A DNA stretch of 64,000 bases from an uncultured Actinomycetes bacterium (GTDB lineage: Bacteria; Actinomycetota; UBA4738; HRBIN12): positions 197,033 to 261,032 of the forward strand of contig CAWHTI010000001.1 in the NCBI GenBank assembly GCA_963832225.1, written 5' to 3'. The notes under the pieces are model-generated. The model did no database searches. It was not told the origin of the DNA and saw nothing but the letters and a program-made list of their open reading frames with translations. Within the stretch, counting starts at the first letter, position 1, and each line of letters starts with the position of its first letter. Of the stretch, positions 47,162-58,100 are shown one piece after another. Both the position numbers and the translations under genes were made by a program.

Positions 47162-48931
47162 CTACAGGTGGGGTTCGGCCTCGACGCGTGTCACCACACC
47201 GGTGCCGGCGAGCTCGCGCGCCAGCGTTCCGAACGCCGGAACCGCTGACCGATCGATCGCGACGAGACACACGACGGTGTCGCCGAGCGTCGAGCCGATC
47301 AACGTGACGGGATCCAGTTCCGCCAGTCGCCGGTCCAACGGTTCGGTGCCCGCGACGCGGAACACCGCCGCCCCGACCGGGAACCCGGCGTCGAGGCGGC
47401 GACGCGCCTCGTCGGCGTGGAACCGATGCGGGGTGCCCCGGACGACGGCCTGCACGAGCGGATCGTTCGCGCGCGAGGCCTGCACGATCGCCCGGCCGTG
47501 CGGCCACGCCCACCCCACCGCCTCCATCCAGGTGGCCAGCGCCTGCTCCCGGGCGCCGATGCCGGGCCGGCGCTCCGCCAGATCGGCGTCGAGGATCCCC
47601 ACCAGATCCAGGTCGAGCGGTCCCAGGTCGCGGACGCTCTCGGGACCGCCGACGAGGATCTCCCGCTCGCGGGGGGCTCGCGGCCGTGCCGGCCGCCGCA
47701 CCCGCACGGGCGCGAGGGCGTCCGCCCACTCCTCCACGCGCTCGGCGCCCCCGCGTCGGATCCCGAAGTTCGCCGCGCCGCATGAGGCGCAGCGGCCCGG
47801 TGCCTCGCAGACCACGCAGCGGACCGCGCCGTCGGCGGAGCGGAGCATCCCGCCGCACGCGGCGCAGGCCGCCGGCGCGCTGCACGAGCGGCAGACCTGC
47901 GCGATCCCGTAGCCGGGGAGCGGCGCGAACAGGAACCCGCGGGTCGTCTCCCGGAGCGCCCGGACCAGACGCGGCGCCCGGCCCTCGGGGCCGGGGCGCA
48001 CCACCTCGACGGGCGGCCACCGGCGATCCGGCGGCGCCACCTCCGCGAGGCCGAGCGCGGCGGCCTCCGACGACGGACACAGCGCGGACAGGACGCAGAC
48101 GGCGCCCGCGCGGCGGGCGAGTTCCACCGCGACGTCGCGGACGTGGTAGTAGGGCGAGCGATCCTCGCGGTGCGACCGGTGCGACTCCCGAGCGACGACC
48201 ACCAGCCCCAGCTCGGCGAGCGGGGCGAAGACCGACGAGTGCGTACCGACCACCACGTCGAATCGGCCCGCGGCGACGGCGAGCCACCGGCGATAGCGCT
48301 CCCGCCGGTCACCTCCGAGGTGCAACGCCAGCCGGTCCCCGAACGCATCCGCCAGGAGGCGTGCGGTGGCCGGCACGGGGGACGCCTCCGGCACCAGGAC
48401 GAGAGCCCGCCGCCCCGAGGCCACGCACGCGACCACGGCCTCGAGGATGGTCGACGCCTCCTCCTCGGGGGCCGGCCGCAGGACGGCCGCTCCCGCCGCG
48501 GCGCCCGAGAGCGCGCGGAGGAGCTCCGGACCGCCGCGGTATCCGTCCAGCGTCCGGGCGGCCGCGGCGATCGTGGGCGCGTCCGCCACCCGGGACCGCA
48601 GCGGCACCGGCGCCGCCTGCTCCTCCGAGACGACCCGCGGCGGATGGGACCGGCCGATCACCGTGGCCAGCGGCGCCACGTAGCGTTCGCTCACCCATCG
48701 AAGGAGCGCCAGCGACTCCTCGTCGAAGAAGCGGAGCGGCGACAGCACCCGCCGCACCGGCAGAACCCGGTCGGGAACGTCGTCGGTCGCGCCAACGATC
48801 CATCCCCGCACCGCCCGTCCGTGGAACGGCACCTGCACGAGCGAGCCCGTTCCGGCGTCGAGGTCGGTCGGGAGGCGGTACGTGAACGGGCGGTCGAGCG
48901 ACAGGAGCGGGCGGTCGACGCAGACCGCGAC
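47162..48931 (-). CDS. priA: Primosomal protein N' (PriA), actinobacterial type with degenerate helicase motifs; no canonical start codon at the conserved N-terminus
   Basis: VAVCVDRPLLSLDRPFTYRLPTDLDAGTGSLVQVPFHGRAVRGWIV..LVLVPE..CRSCSAPAACAACGG..CVVCEAPGRCASCG. The ORF track starts at the internal GTG at 48838. The homologous N-terminus extends to 48931 in the same frame without an ATG, GTG or TTG. Confidence 0.8.
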   Translation of the reverse strand, partial: VAVCVDRPLLSLDRPFTYRLPTDLDAGTGSLVQVPFHGRAVRGWIVGATDDVPDRVLPVRRVLSPLRFFDEESLALLRWVSERYVAPLATVIGRSHPPRVVSEEQAAPVPLRSRVADAPTIAAAARTLDGYRGGPELLRALSGAAAGAAVLRPAPEEEASTILEAVVACVASGRRALVLVPEASPVPATARLLADAFGDRLALHLGGDRRERYRRWLAVAAGRFDVVVGTHSSVFAPLAELGLVVVARESHRSHREDRSPYYHVRDVAVELARRAGAVCVLSALCPSSEAAALGLAEVAPPDRRWPPVEVVRPGPEGRAPRLVRALRETTRGFLFAPLPGYGIAQVCRSCSAPAACAACGGMLRSADGAVRCVVCEAPGRCASCGAANFGIRRGGAERVEEWADALAPVRVRRPARPRAPREREILVGGPESVRDLGPLDLDLVGILDADLAERRPGIGAREQALATWMEAVGWAWPHGRAIVQASRANDPLVQAVVRGTPHRFHADEARRRLDAGFPVGAAVFRVAGTEPLDRRLAELDPVTLIGSTLGDTVVCLVAIDRSAVPAFGTLARELAGTGVVTRVEAEPHL

Positions 48932-48935
48932 GGGC

Positions 48936-50126
48936 CTACCCGACGGCGCTGCGGAGGTCGTCGGCGCGGTCGGTCGCCTCCCACGGGAACTCCTTGCGTC
49001 CGAAGTGCCCGTAGGCGGCCGTCTCGCGGTACAGCGGACGCCGCAGGTCGAGCGCCGCGATGATCGCGGCCGGACGGAAGTCGAAGACGTCCCACAGCGC
49101 CGAGCGCAGCTTCTGGGGATCGCACGTCTCGGTGCCGAACGTGTCCAGCATCAGCGACACCGGATGCGCCGTGCCGATCGCGTACGCGACCTGCAGCTGG
49201 CAGCGATCGGCAAGGCCCGCAGCCACGACGGTCTTGGCGACGTGCCGCGCCATGTACGCGGCCGAGCGGTCGACCTTCGTGGGGTCCTTGCCGCTGAACG
49301 CGCCGCCGCCGTGCGGGGCGTAGCCGCCGTACGTGTCCACGATGATCTTGCGGCCGGTGAGGCCGGTGTCCGCCTTGGGGCCGCCGATCTCGAACCGACC
49401 GGTCGGGTTCACCAGGACCCGGGCGCCGGTGGACTCCAGGTCCGAGAACTCGCGCAGCACCGGATCGATCACCTCGGCCTCGATGTCGGGCTTCAGGAGC
49501 GTCTCGACGTCGACCTCCTCGCGATGCTGGGTGGAGATCAGGACGGTGTCGACGCGCACCGGCCGCCCGTCGCGGTACTCGATGGAGACCTGCGACTTGC
49601 CGTCCGGACGCAGATACGGAACGACGCCCGCTCTGCGGACGTCGGCGAGGCGCTTCGCGAGGCGATGGGCCATGGCGATCGGCAGCGGCATCAGCTCCTC
49701 GGTCTCGCGGCAGGCGAAGCCGAACATCATGCCCTGGTCCCCTGCACCGAGCGTGTCCAGGTCGTCCACGGAGTGATCCTCGCGATGCTCGAGGGCGTCG
49801 TCGACGCCGCGCGCGATGTCGGGCGACTGCTCCTGGATCGCGGTGATGACGCCGCAGGTCTCCCCATCGAGCCCGAACTTGGCGTCCGTGTAGCCGACCT
49901 CGACGATCTGGTCGCGGACGACCGATGGGATGTCGACCCAGCCCTCGGTGGTGATCTCCCCGGCCACCATGACGAGCCCGGTGGTGACGAGCGTCTCGCA
50001 GGCCACGCGGCTGTGCGGATCCTTCGCGAGCATCGCGTCGAGCACCGCGTCGGAGATCTGATCGGCGAGCTTGTCGGGATGTCCCTCGGTGACGGACTCC
50101 GAGGAGAAGAGATGGACCTCGCTCAT
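48936..50126 (-). CDS. metK: S-adenosylmethionine synthase
   Basis: [54 protein letters not shown]. Confidence 0.97.
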   Translation of the reverse strand: MSEVHLFSSESVTEGHPDKLADQISDAVLDAMLAKDPHSRVACETLVTTGLVMVAGEITTEGWVDIPSVVRDQIVEVGYTDAKFGLDGETCGVITAIQEQSPDIARGVDDALEHREDHSVDDLDTLGAGDQGMMFGFACRETEELMPLPIAMAHRLAKRLADVRRAGVVPYLRPDGKSQVSIEYRDGRPVRVDTVLISTQHREEVDVETLLKPDIEAEVIDPVLREFSDLESTGARVLVNPTGRFEIGGPKADTGLTGRKIIVDTYGGYAPHGGGAFSGKDPTKVDRSAAYMARHVAKTVVAAGLADRCQLQVAYAIGTAHPVSLMLDTFGTETCDPQKLRSALWDVFDFRPAAIIAALDLRRPLYRETAAYGHFGRKEFPWEATDRADDLRSAVG

Positions 50127-50146
50127 GTCGCGCGGAGTATATCGGC

Positions 50147-51397
50147 CTACCGGGACACGAGCTCGGCCAGGCGATCGCAGATCGCGGCGGCCAGCTCGCG
50201 CTTCGTCCACGTGCGCAGGGGCTCGTCGCGACCGTCCCTCCCCAGGATCATGGCGTCGTTCGTGTCGGCGCCGAAGCCGGTGCCGGCACGACCCACCTCG
50301 TTGACGACGATCACGTCCAGGCCCTTCTCCTGCAGCTTGCGGCGGCCGTGGGCCTCGAGGTCGGAGGTCTCGGCCGCGAACCCGATCAGGACGCCGCCCC
50401 CCGCCCGGCGCTCGCCCAGCTCGCGCAGGATGTCGGGCGTCGGGACGAGCGCCAACTGCGGCGTGCCGTCCTCCTTCTTCAGCTTGCCGGGGGCCTCGCT
50501 GGCGGGTCGGAAATCGGCGACGGCGGCCGCCATCACCACCGCGTCGGCCTCGGGCGCCTCGTGCATCACGGCCTGGCGCATCTCCTCGGCCGTGGTGACC
50601 TGCACGGCGTGGACGCCCGGCGGCGGCCCGGCCGTGCCCGGTCCCAGCACCAGCCGGACCTCGGCGCCCCGGGCGGCGGCCTCGACCGCGACCGCGATAC
50701 CCATCTTGCCGCTGGATCGGTTACCCAGGAAGCGGACGGGGTCGAGCGGCTCGTGCGTGGGTCCCGCCGTGACGAGCACCCGGCGCCCCGCGAGGTCCCC
50801 GCCCTTCGCGAGCGCCGCCTCCACGGCGGCCACGATGTCCTCGGGTTCGGCGAGGCGGCCCACACCCTCGTCGCCGTGGGCGAGCGGGCCGGCGACGGGG
50901 CCGACGAACCGGACGCCCCGTTCCTCGAGGGTCCCCACGTTGCCGCGCGTGGCGGGATGCTGCCACATCCCGGTGTGCATGGCGGGCGCGATCACGAGCG
51001 GGACGTCCGCCTCGAGGAGCGTGGCCGACAGCAGATCGTCGGCCATGCCGTGTGCGAGCTTCGCGATCGTGTGGGCGGTCGCCGGCGCCACCAGGGCGAC
51101 GTCGGCCTCGTGAGCGAGCTGCACGTGGAGGACGGTCCCGGGCTCGTCCCAGAGCGAGGCGTGCACCGGGTTGCCCGTGAGCGCGGCGAACGTGTCCGCC
51201 CCGACGAACCGGGCGGCGGAGGCCGTCATGACGACGTGGACGTCGGCCCCGGCCGCCACGAGCTGCCGGGCGATCCCGGCGACCTTGTAGGCAGCGACGC
51301 CGCCGGCGACGCCGAGCAGCACCCGGCGCCCGGACAGGGGCGATGCACCGCCGGGTCGCGCGCTACTCGACGACGGGCTCCTCGGTGCGCTCGGCAT
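50147..51397 (-). CDS. coaBC: Bifunctional phosphopantothenoylcysteine decarboxylase / phosphopantothenate--cysteine ligase
   Basis: [57 protein letters not shown]. The ATG at 51397 overlaps the rpoZ 3' end by 35 nt, so the start is not certain. Confidence 0.9.
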   Translation of the reverse strand: MPSAPRSPSSSSARPGGASPLSGRRVLLGVAGGVAAYKVAGIARQLVAAGADVHVVMTASAARFVGADTFAALTGNPVHASLWDEPGTVLHVQLAHEADVALVAPATAHTIAKLAHGMADDLLSATLLEADVPLVIAPAMHTGMWQHPATRGNVGTLEERGVRFVGPVAGPLAHGDEGVGRLAEPEDIVAAVEAALAKGGDLAGRRVLVTAGPTHEPLDPVRFLGNRSSGKMGIAVAVEAAARGAEVRLVLGPGTAGPPPGVHAVQVTTAEEMRQAVMHEAPEADAVVMAAAVADFRPASEAPGKLKKEDGTPQLALVPTPDILRELGERRAGGGVLIGFAAETSDLEAHGRRKLQEKGLDVIVVNEVGRAGTGFGADTNDAMILGRDGRDEPLRTWTKRELAAAICDRLAELVSR

Positions 51398-51611
51398 TGA
51401 TCTTCGCCTCCGCGATCTCCTGGAGCGCGATCGAGAGCGGCTTGTTCGTGAGGCCGCCGGACTCGACCAGCGGGGGCACGAACTCGCCGCGCCCCTCGCC
51501 GAGCTGGCTGTAGTAGGAGTTGATCTCCCGTGCGCGCTTGGCGGCGAGGATCACGAGTGAGTACTTGGAATCGACCTGCGCGAGCAGATCGTCGATCTTG
51601 GGTTCGATCAA
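51363..51611 (-). CDS. rpoZ: DNA-directed RNA polymerase subunit omega
   Basis: (M)[32 protein letters not shown]. The TTG start overlaps the gmk stop (TTGA). Confidence 0.9.
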   Translation of the reverse strand: MIEPKIDDLLAQVDSKYSLVILAAKRAREINSYYSQLGEGRGEFVPPLVESGGLTNKPLSIALQEIAEAKINAERTEEPVVE

Positions 51612-52192
51612 GGCGGGTCCTCCGGATCGGAGCGGGATGCCCCGATGATAGCAGCGACCTGCGACGATGCACCGTCCAGGTCGTCGTTCACCACCACGTG
51701 ATCGAACCGATCACCCTGCGCCATCTCCTCCTCCGCCCTGGCGAGGCGGCGCGCCAGCTTCTCCTCGTCCTCGGTCGCGCGGGTGCGCAGACGCCGTTCG
51801 AGCTCGTCCAGGGAGGGTGGGACCAGCAGGATCAGCACCGCGTCGGGCACCTGCGCACGCACGATCCCGGCGCCCTGCACGTCGATCTCGAGGACGGCGT
51901 CCCGGCCCTCGGAGCGGACGTCGCGGATCGCGCGGGCCGGGGTGCCGGAGCGATGCCCGAAGATCTCGGCCCACTCCAGCAGCTCGCCCTCGTCGATCAT
52001 CCGGTCGAAGCCCTCGTCGTCGACGAAGAAGTAGTCGACGCCGTCGCGCTCGGCGGGCCGGGGGTGACGGGTGGTCACCGAGACCGAGACGTAGAGGTCC
52101 GGAAGCAGCTCGCGCAGACGGCGGACCAGGGTCCCCTTGCCGACCCCCGACGGGCCGGCGATCACGAAGAGCGAGCCGCTCCGGGGTGCCAG
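51608..52192 (-). CDS. gmk: Guanylate kinase; conserved N-terminus requires the CTG at 52192 as start (the ORF track starts at an internal GTG at 52165)
   Basis: (L)[54 protein letters not shown]. An AGGA lies 5 nt upstream of the CTG. Confidence 0.9.
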   Translation of the reverse strand: MAPRSGSLFVIAGPSGVGKGTLVRRLRELLPDLYVSVSVTTRHPRPAERDGVDYFFVDDEGFDRMIDEGELLEWAEIFGHRSGTPARAIRDVRSEGRDAVLEIDVQGAGIVRAQVPDAVLILLVPPSLDELERRLRTRATEDEEKLARRLARAEEEMAQGDRFDHVVVNDDLDGASSQVAAIIGASRSDPEDPP

Positions 52193-52199
52193 CTGCGTC

Positions 52200-52514
52200 C
52201 TATCGCTTGGCGAATCGGTCGAGCAGCATCTGCCGTTGCTTGGCGCCGAGGCCCTGCACCCGGCGCGTCGCCGAGATGTCGAGCTCCTCCATCAGCTTCT
52301 GTGCGCGCACCTTGCCGACGCCCGGCAGCGACTCCAGCACCGTCGACACCTTCATCTTGCCGACCGTGGGATCACCCGACGAGGAGAGCACGTCCTTCAA
52401 GGTCTTCTTGCCGGACTTCAGCTGCCCCTTGAGTTCGGCTCGCTTCTTGCGGGCGATCGCCGCCTTCTCGAGGGCCTGCTGACGCTGCTCCGGGGTCAGG
52501 GTGGGTAGAGCCAT
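52200..52514 (-). CDS. mihF: Integration host factor, actinobacterial type (MihF)
   Basis: MALPTLTPEQRQQALEKAAIARKKRAELK..VSTVLESLPGVGKVRAQKLMEEL. ATG at 52514 with AGGAG upstream. Confidence 0.85.
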   Translation of the reverse strand: MALPTLTPEQRQQALEKAAIARKKRAELKGQLKSGKKTLKDVLSSSGDPTVGKMKVSTVLESLPGVGKVRAQKLMEELDISATRRVQGLGAKQRQMLLDRFAKR

Positions 52515-52557
52515 CACGCGCTCCTTCTGCTCGGAAAGTGGTTCTGAGAACGGGCGG

Positions 52558-52586
52558 AGTATACGGCCGGGGTTCGGGAGGGACAA
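52558..52586 (-). promoter_or_regulatory. Candidate promoter for mihF-gmk-rpoZ-...: TTGTCC, 17-nt spacer, TATACT
   Basis: Minus-strand TTGTCC at 52586-52581 and TATACT at 52563-52558, about 45 nt upstream of the mihF ATG. Confidence 0.45.
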
Positions 52587-52652
52587 CGCGAACCATGCGT
52601 GCGGCCTGCGGTTTTCCGTGGTATCGGGGATGCCCGGCCGCTTCGCGCGATC

Positions 52653-53336
52653 TCACCGGAGACCCAGCAGGATCCCGCGCGCGACGCCGGCGGGATCCGG
52701 TGCCCGCGTGATGGGCCGGCCGACCACCAGATAGTCGGCCCCGGCCTCGATCGCCGCGCGCGGCGTGAGCACTCGGACCTGATCGTCGCCGTTGGCGCCC
52801 TCCGGTCTGATCCCCGGAACGATCAACGCGACGTCCTCGCCGACGACCTCGCGAACGGCGCCGACGTCCTCGCCCGAGACCACCACACCGCCCGCGCCCG
52901 CCGAGACGGCTTCGAACGCAAGGGACGTCGGCGTTGCGAGGGACTCGCCCGCGAGGCTGGACAGCACCGTGACCGCGAGCACCGTCGGCGTCGCCGCACC
53001 CGCGTCCTCCGCGCCCTGCCGCGCGCCGCGCGCCGCCGCCGCGACCATGGCCTCCCCACCCAGGGCGTGCACGGTGATCATCGCCACGCCGAGCCGGGCG
53101 CTGTTGCGCGCGGCGCGCTCGACCGTCGTGGGGATGTCGTGGAGCTTGAGATCGAGGAACACCGGGGCGTGGCGGCCGACGGCCTCGACCGCCGCGGGCC
53201 CGTGCGACGTGAACAGCTCCAGCCCGACCTTCAGGAGGCCGGCGGTCCCCGCGAGGGACGCCGCGAGCCGCTCGGCCGCCTCGACGTCCGACAGATCGAG
53301 CGCGACGACCAGCGGATCGTCCGGTCGCGGGATCAC
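52653..53336 (-). CDS. pyrF: Orotidine 5'-phosphate decarboxylase
   Basis: LVVALDLSD..LKVGLELF..VFLDLKLHDIPTTV..VVGRPI. The GTG at 53336 overlaps the pyrD stop. Confidence 0.9.
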   Translation of the reverse strand: MIPRPDDPLVVALDLSDVEAAERLAASLAGTAGLLKVGLELFTSHGPAAVEAVGRHAPVFLDLKLHDIPTTVERAARNSARLGVAMITVHALGGEAMVAAAARGARQGAEDAGAATPTVLAVTVLSSLAGESLATPTSLAFEAVSAGAGGVVVSGEDVGAVREVVGEDVALIVPGIRPEGANGDDQVRVLTPRAAIEAGADYLVVGRPITRAPDPAGVARGILLGLR

Positions 53337-54277
53337 TCGGCGCGCTCCGGGGGCGCCTGCGGGATGCGGAGGCGACCCCGAACGTCCGTCGGCGAGGCCA
53401 TCCCCTTCGCCGTCAGATACGCCAGCACGCCCTGCGCGGCCGCCACCGGAGCCGCGGGATCGATGAGCGTCGCCGTCCCCATCTGCACCGCCCACGCGCC
53501 GGCCAGCAGCATCTCGACCGCGTCCTCGCCGGTGCGGACACCGCCCACGCCGACGATCGGGACGTCGGGCATCGCGCGCGCCACCTCGTGCACCGCGCGG
53601 AGCGCGACCGGGCGCACCGCCGGGCCGGAGAGCCACCCGGCCACCGCCCCCAGCTCGGGCCGCAGACCGGACGCGTCGACGCCCAGCGCCGGCAGCGCAT
53701 CGGTCAGGGTGAGGCCGTGCGCGCCCGCCCGCACGCACCCCTGGGCGGTCGGCACGAGCTCGGGCAGCAGCGGCGGCAGCTTCGCGAAGACCGGCACCGA
53801 CGCCATCCTCGCCACGGCGCCCACGATCTCCGCGGCGCGGTCCGGCCTCGAGGCGAGGACGGCGGTGCCCAGCTCGTCGTCGGGGCCGGAGATCTGGGTC
53901 TCGATCGCGGTCAGGCCCGGAGCGCCCTGCAGCAGGCTGGTCAGGCGCACGAACTCCTCCATGGTGGCGCCAGCGATCGAGACGAACACCGGGGCGCCCC
54001 CGCGCGCCAGCCGCGGGAGCTCCTCGGCGAGGAAGACCTCGATGCCAGGGTTCTGCAGCCCGGTCGACCACACGATCCCCGACGGCGTCTCGGCGATCCG
54101 TGGCGTCGGCGTGCCCTTGCGCGGCCGCAGGGTCACGCTGCGGCTCACGATCCCACCCACCTTGCGCAGATCGGCGAGTCCGGCGAGCTCCCGGCCGGTC
54201 CCCGCGCATCCCGACGCCACCATCACCGGCGTCGGCAGGATCAGGCCGTTGAGGTCGACCGCGAGGCTGCGCCTCAC
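53333..54277 (-). CDS. pyrD: Dihydroorotate dehydrogenase, class 1B catalytic subunit
   Basis: LAVDLNGLILPTPVMVASGCAGTG..IVSRSVT..NPGIE..VFAKLPP..GLSGPAVRPVAL..IVGVGGV. The GTG at 54277 overlaps the pyrK stop. Confidence 0.9.
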   Translation of the reverse strand: MRRSLAVDLNGLILPTPVMVASGCAGTGRELAGLADLRKVGGIVSRSVTLRPRKGTPTPRIAETPSGIVWSTGLQNPGIEVFLAEELPRLARGGAPVFVSIAGATMEEFVRLTSLLQGAPGLTAIETQISGPDDELGTAVLASRPDRAAEIVGAVARMASVPVFAKLPPLLPELVPTAQGCVRAGAHGLTLTDALPALGVDASGLRPELGAVAGWLSGPAVRPVALRAVHEVARAMPDVPIVGVGGVRTGEDAVEMLLAGAWAVQMGTATLIDPAAPVAAAQGVLAYLTAKGMASPTDVRGRLRIPQAPPERAE

Positions 54278-55149
54278 CCCGGCCACGAGCGCACCACCGG
54301 CAGACCTTCGGGCGGCGTCGGGATCATCGTTGGCGCCTCGGACAGCCACCGGTCCCACACGACGCGCGCCGGATTCATGACGGGTCCGTCCACGCAGGCC
54401 CGGAGGTGGTCGTACCCGCTGCCGTCCGTGCGCGCGACCGGGACGACGCAGGAGAAGCACAGGCCCACCCCGCATCCGAACGCCTCCTCAACCGCGACCT
54501 GCGCCGGGAGCCCCCGCTCCCGGCAGAACGAAGCGATCCGCTGGAGCGTCCGCGCGGGAGCCGCGGCGTAGACCACCTCGGTACCGCACCGCTCGACCAT
54601 GTCCGGCAGCGCGTCCAGGACCTCGCCGCGGTCGCCGGCGGACCCGTCCGCCGTCACGATCGCGATCGTCTGCGACAGGCGCTTGCCCTCGATCGGCTTG
54701 AAGACGCGCTCCAGATCCTCGGCTCCCACGATCATGTCGACCCGCTTGTGACGGGCGCGGAGCTCCTGCGCCAGGAAGTACAGCGCGGCCGCGCCGTGGC
54801 CCTCGGCGATCAACAGGCAGTTCGTCAATCGCTTCGGATACGCGAAGGGCTTGCCGAGCGGGCCGATCATGTCCAGGAACTCGTGGGCGCGCGCCCGCGC
54901 GAGCCCCGCGGATCCCGGGTCGTCGCTGCCGGCGATCGCGAACTCGAGCGTGCCGGCCCACCCCCCGCGTCGCGAGGCCTGATGGATCGAGTAGTGGCGC
55001 CGCAGCACGAACTCGCGGCCCTGCGGCACGGCGATGGCCACGAACTGCCCGGGCCGGGCCCGCTCGGCGATCTCGGGGGCCACGACCGTCAGGGTGTGAT
55101 AGGCGCCCAGCCGGCGCACGGAGAGGATCTCGGCGCGCACCCTCGTCAT
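54274..55149 (-). CDS. pyrK: Dihydroorotate dehydrogenase electron-transfer subunit (PyrK)
   Basis: [54 protein letters not shown] (2Fe-2S cysteines). The ATG at 55149 overlaps the carB stop. Confidence 0.85.
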   Translation of the reverse strand: MTRVRAEILSVRRLGAYHTLTVVAPEIAERARPGQFVAIAVPQGREFVLRRHYSIHQASRRGGWAGTLEFAIAGSDDPGSAGLARARAHEFLDMIGPLGKPFAYPKRLTNCLLIAEGHGAAALYFLAQELRARHKRVDMIVGAEDLERVFKPIEGKRLSQTIAIVTADGSAGDRGEVLDALPDMVERCGTEVVYAAAPARTLQRIASFCRERGLPAQVAVEEAFGCGVGLCFSCVVPVARTDGSGYDHLRACVDGPVMNPARVVWDRWLSEAPTMIPTPPEGLPVVRSWPG

Positions 55150-58100
55150 CGCTGCGATCCTCCGCCGACCGCGACCGCGTCGTCGAAGCCCAGGCGGGCC
55201 TGGACCGGCGCGGCGGCGGCCTGCTCGTGGTACTCCTGGATCGAACGCGGCTCGGTCGGCCCGCCGCGCACGGCCTCGATGCCGCGAACCGCCGCGAAGA
55301 CCCCGGGGAGCGTGGTGATGCACGGGACGCCGGCGGACGCCGCTGCGGTGCGGATGAAGTAGCCGTCGGTGCGCGGACCGCGCCCGAACGGCGTGTTCAC
55401 GACCAGGTCGACGCGTCCCTCCCGGATCCGGTCGACGACGGTGCGACCGCCCTCGCTCACCTTCGTGACCGGCTCGACCGGGATCCCCGCGCGCTGCAGG
55501 ACCCCGGCGGTCCCGCCCGTGGCGAGGAGGCGGAAGCCCAGGTCGGCCAGCCGCTTCGCCGGGAACACGATCGCGCGCTTGTCGCGGTTCGCGACGCTCA
55601 CGAACACCGTCCCGGACGTGGGCACCGAGGCGCCCGAGGCCACGAGCGCCTTCGCGAGGGCGACCCCCGGATCCGCGTCGATGCCCATGACCTCCCCCGT
55701 GGACTTCATCTCCGGGCCGAGGATCGTGTCCACCCCCTCGAACCGGCCGAACGGCAGGACCGCGGCCTTGACGCTGGTGTACGGCAGGTGGCGATAGTGG
55801 CGCGGGTCCGCGGGGATCAGACCCTCGACCCGCAGGTCCTCGATCGTCCGTCCGGCCAGCACGAGGGTCGCGATCTTCGCGAGCGAGGTCCCGATCACCT
55901 TGGACACGAACGGCACGGTTCGCGACGCCCGCGGGTTGGCCTCCAGGACCCACACGCGCTCGTCCTTCACGGCCAGTTGGAGGTTCAGCAGCCCGCGGAC
56001 CTCCAGCCGGTGGGCGAGCCGGCGGGTGATCTCCTCCACCTCGTCGAGCTCCTCGTCCGACAGCGTGGGCGGCGGGATCGCGCACGACGAGTCCCCGGAG
56101 TGCACCCCGGCCTCCTCGATGTGCTCCATGACGGCGCCCACCACGACCTCGGTGCCGTCGCACACCGCGTCGACGTCGACCTCGATCGCGCCCTCCAGGA
56201 ACCGGTCGATCAGGACGGGGTGGTCCGGCGAGGCGGCGGCGGCCGAGGCGACGAACATCTCCAGCTCCTCCGGGTCGTAGACGATCTCCATCGCCCGCCC
56301 GCCCAGCACGTAGGAGGGGCGCACGACCACGGGATAGCCGATGCGGGCGGCGATGTCGCGCGCCTCGGCCATCGTGCGGGCCTCGCCGTGGGGCGGCGCG
56401 AGGATCTCGAGCTCCGCGAGCAGCTGCGCGAACTTGCCCCGGTCCTCCGCCAGATCGATCGCATCCGGCGAGGTCCCCAGGACGGTGAACCCCTCCTCCT
56501 GGAGGATGCGCGCGAGCCGCAGCGGCGTCTGCCCGCCGAACTGCACGATCACGCCGACGGGCCGCTCCCGGCGGCAGACGGCGAGCACGTCCTCGGCGGT
56601 GAGCGGCTCGAAGTAGAGGCGGCTCGCGGTGTCGTAGTCGGTCGAGACCGTCTCCGGGTTGGAGTTCACCATCACGGACTCGAACCCCGCGTCCTCCAGG
56701 GCGAACGCCGCGTGGACGCAGGCGTAGTCGAACTCGATGCCCTGTCCGATCCGGTTCGGCCCGGCGCCGAGGATCACCACGCGAGGCCGCTGCGCCGGCG
56801 TGACCTCGTCCTCCTCCTCGAACGTCGAGTAGTGGTACGGCGTGCGCGCCGGGAACTCACCGCCGCAGGTGTCCACCGTCTTGAACACGGGGCCGACGCC
56901 CAGCTCGTCGCGGCGGCGGCGCACCCCGGCCTCCGTCTCGCCGGTCGCCGCCCCGATCCGGGCATCGGACAGGCCCAGGCGCTTCGCCTCGAGCAGCTCG
57001 CCGGCCTCGAGGTCGGACAGCGTTCGCCCGACGAGGCTCGAGGTCTGCTCGACGACCTCGGCGATCTGATCCACGAACCACGGGTCGATGTGCGAGGCCA
57101 CCGCCACGGCGTCGACGCCGTGACCCGCGGCGAGCGCCTCCTCGACCAGGTGCAGTCGGCGCTCGCCCGGCACGGCCAGCCGCGCGAGCAGATCCCCGCC
57201 CGGCACGCCGGCGGCCCCCAGATCGAACCCCGACTTCTCGATGCCCCGCCACGCCTTGCCGAGCGCCTCCTTGAAGGTGCGGCCGATCGCCATCACCTCG
57301 CCCACCGACTTCATCGTGGAGCTGAGGACGGGGTCGGCCTCGGGGAACTTCTCGAACGCGAACCGCGGGATCTTCACCACGACGTAGTCGAGCGTGGGCT
57401 CGAACGCCGCCGGGGTCTCTCCCGTGATGTCGTTCACGACCTCGTCCAGGCGATATCCGACGGCGAGCAGGGCAGCGATCTTCGCGATCGGGAACCCGGT
57501 GGCCTTCGAGGCCAGCGCGGAGGAGCGAGAGACCCTGGGGTTCATCTCGATCACCACCATACGGCCGTCGCTGGGATCCACGGCGAACTGCACGTTCGAG
57601 CCTCCGGTCTCCACCCCGATCGCGCGGATGCACCGGATCGCCGCGTCGCGCATCCGCTGGTACTCGACGTCCGTGAGCGTCTGCGCCGGCGCCACGGTGA
57701 TCGAGTCGCCCGTGTGCACGCCCATGGGGTCGACGTTCTCGATCGAGCAGACGATCACCGCGTTGTCGGCGCCGTCACGCATCACCTCCAGCTCGAACTC
57801 CTTCCATCCCGCGATCGACTCCTCGACGAGGATCTCGTGGACCGGCGAGATCTCGAGCGATCGCGCCGCCAGGGCCTGGAGGGAGGCCCGGTCGGCCGCG
57901 AACCCGCTGCCGCCGCCGCCCAGCGTGAAGGAGGGCCGCACGATCAGCGGGTAGCCGAGCTCGTCGCCGATCCCGAGCGCGTCCGCCACCGTGGTGGCGA
58001 TGCCGGCGCGGGGGACCTCGAGGCCGGCCTCCTGCATCGTCTGCTTGAACGCGCTGCGATCCTCGGCCCGGTGGATGGCCTCCGGGGTCGCGCCCACCAT

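Noticed and set aside
47162-48931. PriA lacks Walker A and DExH motifs (PAPEEEAST and ARESH at the expected places): a possible novel inactive helicase
   Set aside because: To my recollection the same degeneration is present in mycobacterial PriA (Rv1402), so it is a known lineage trait rather than something specific to this window. I note it only in the feature call.
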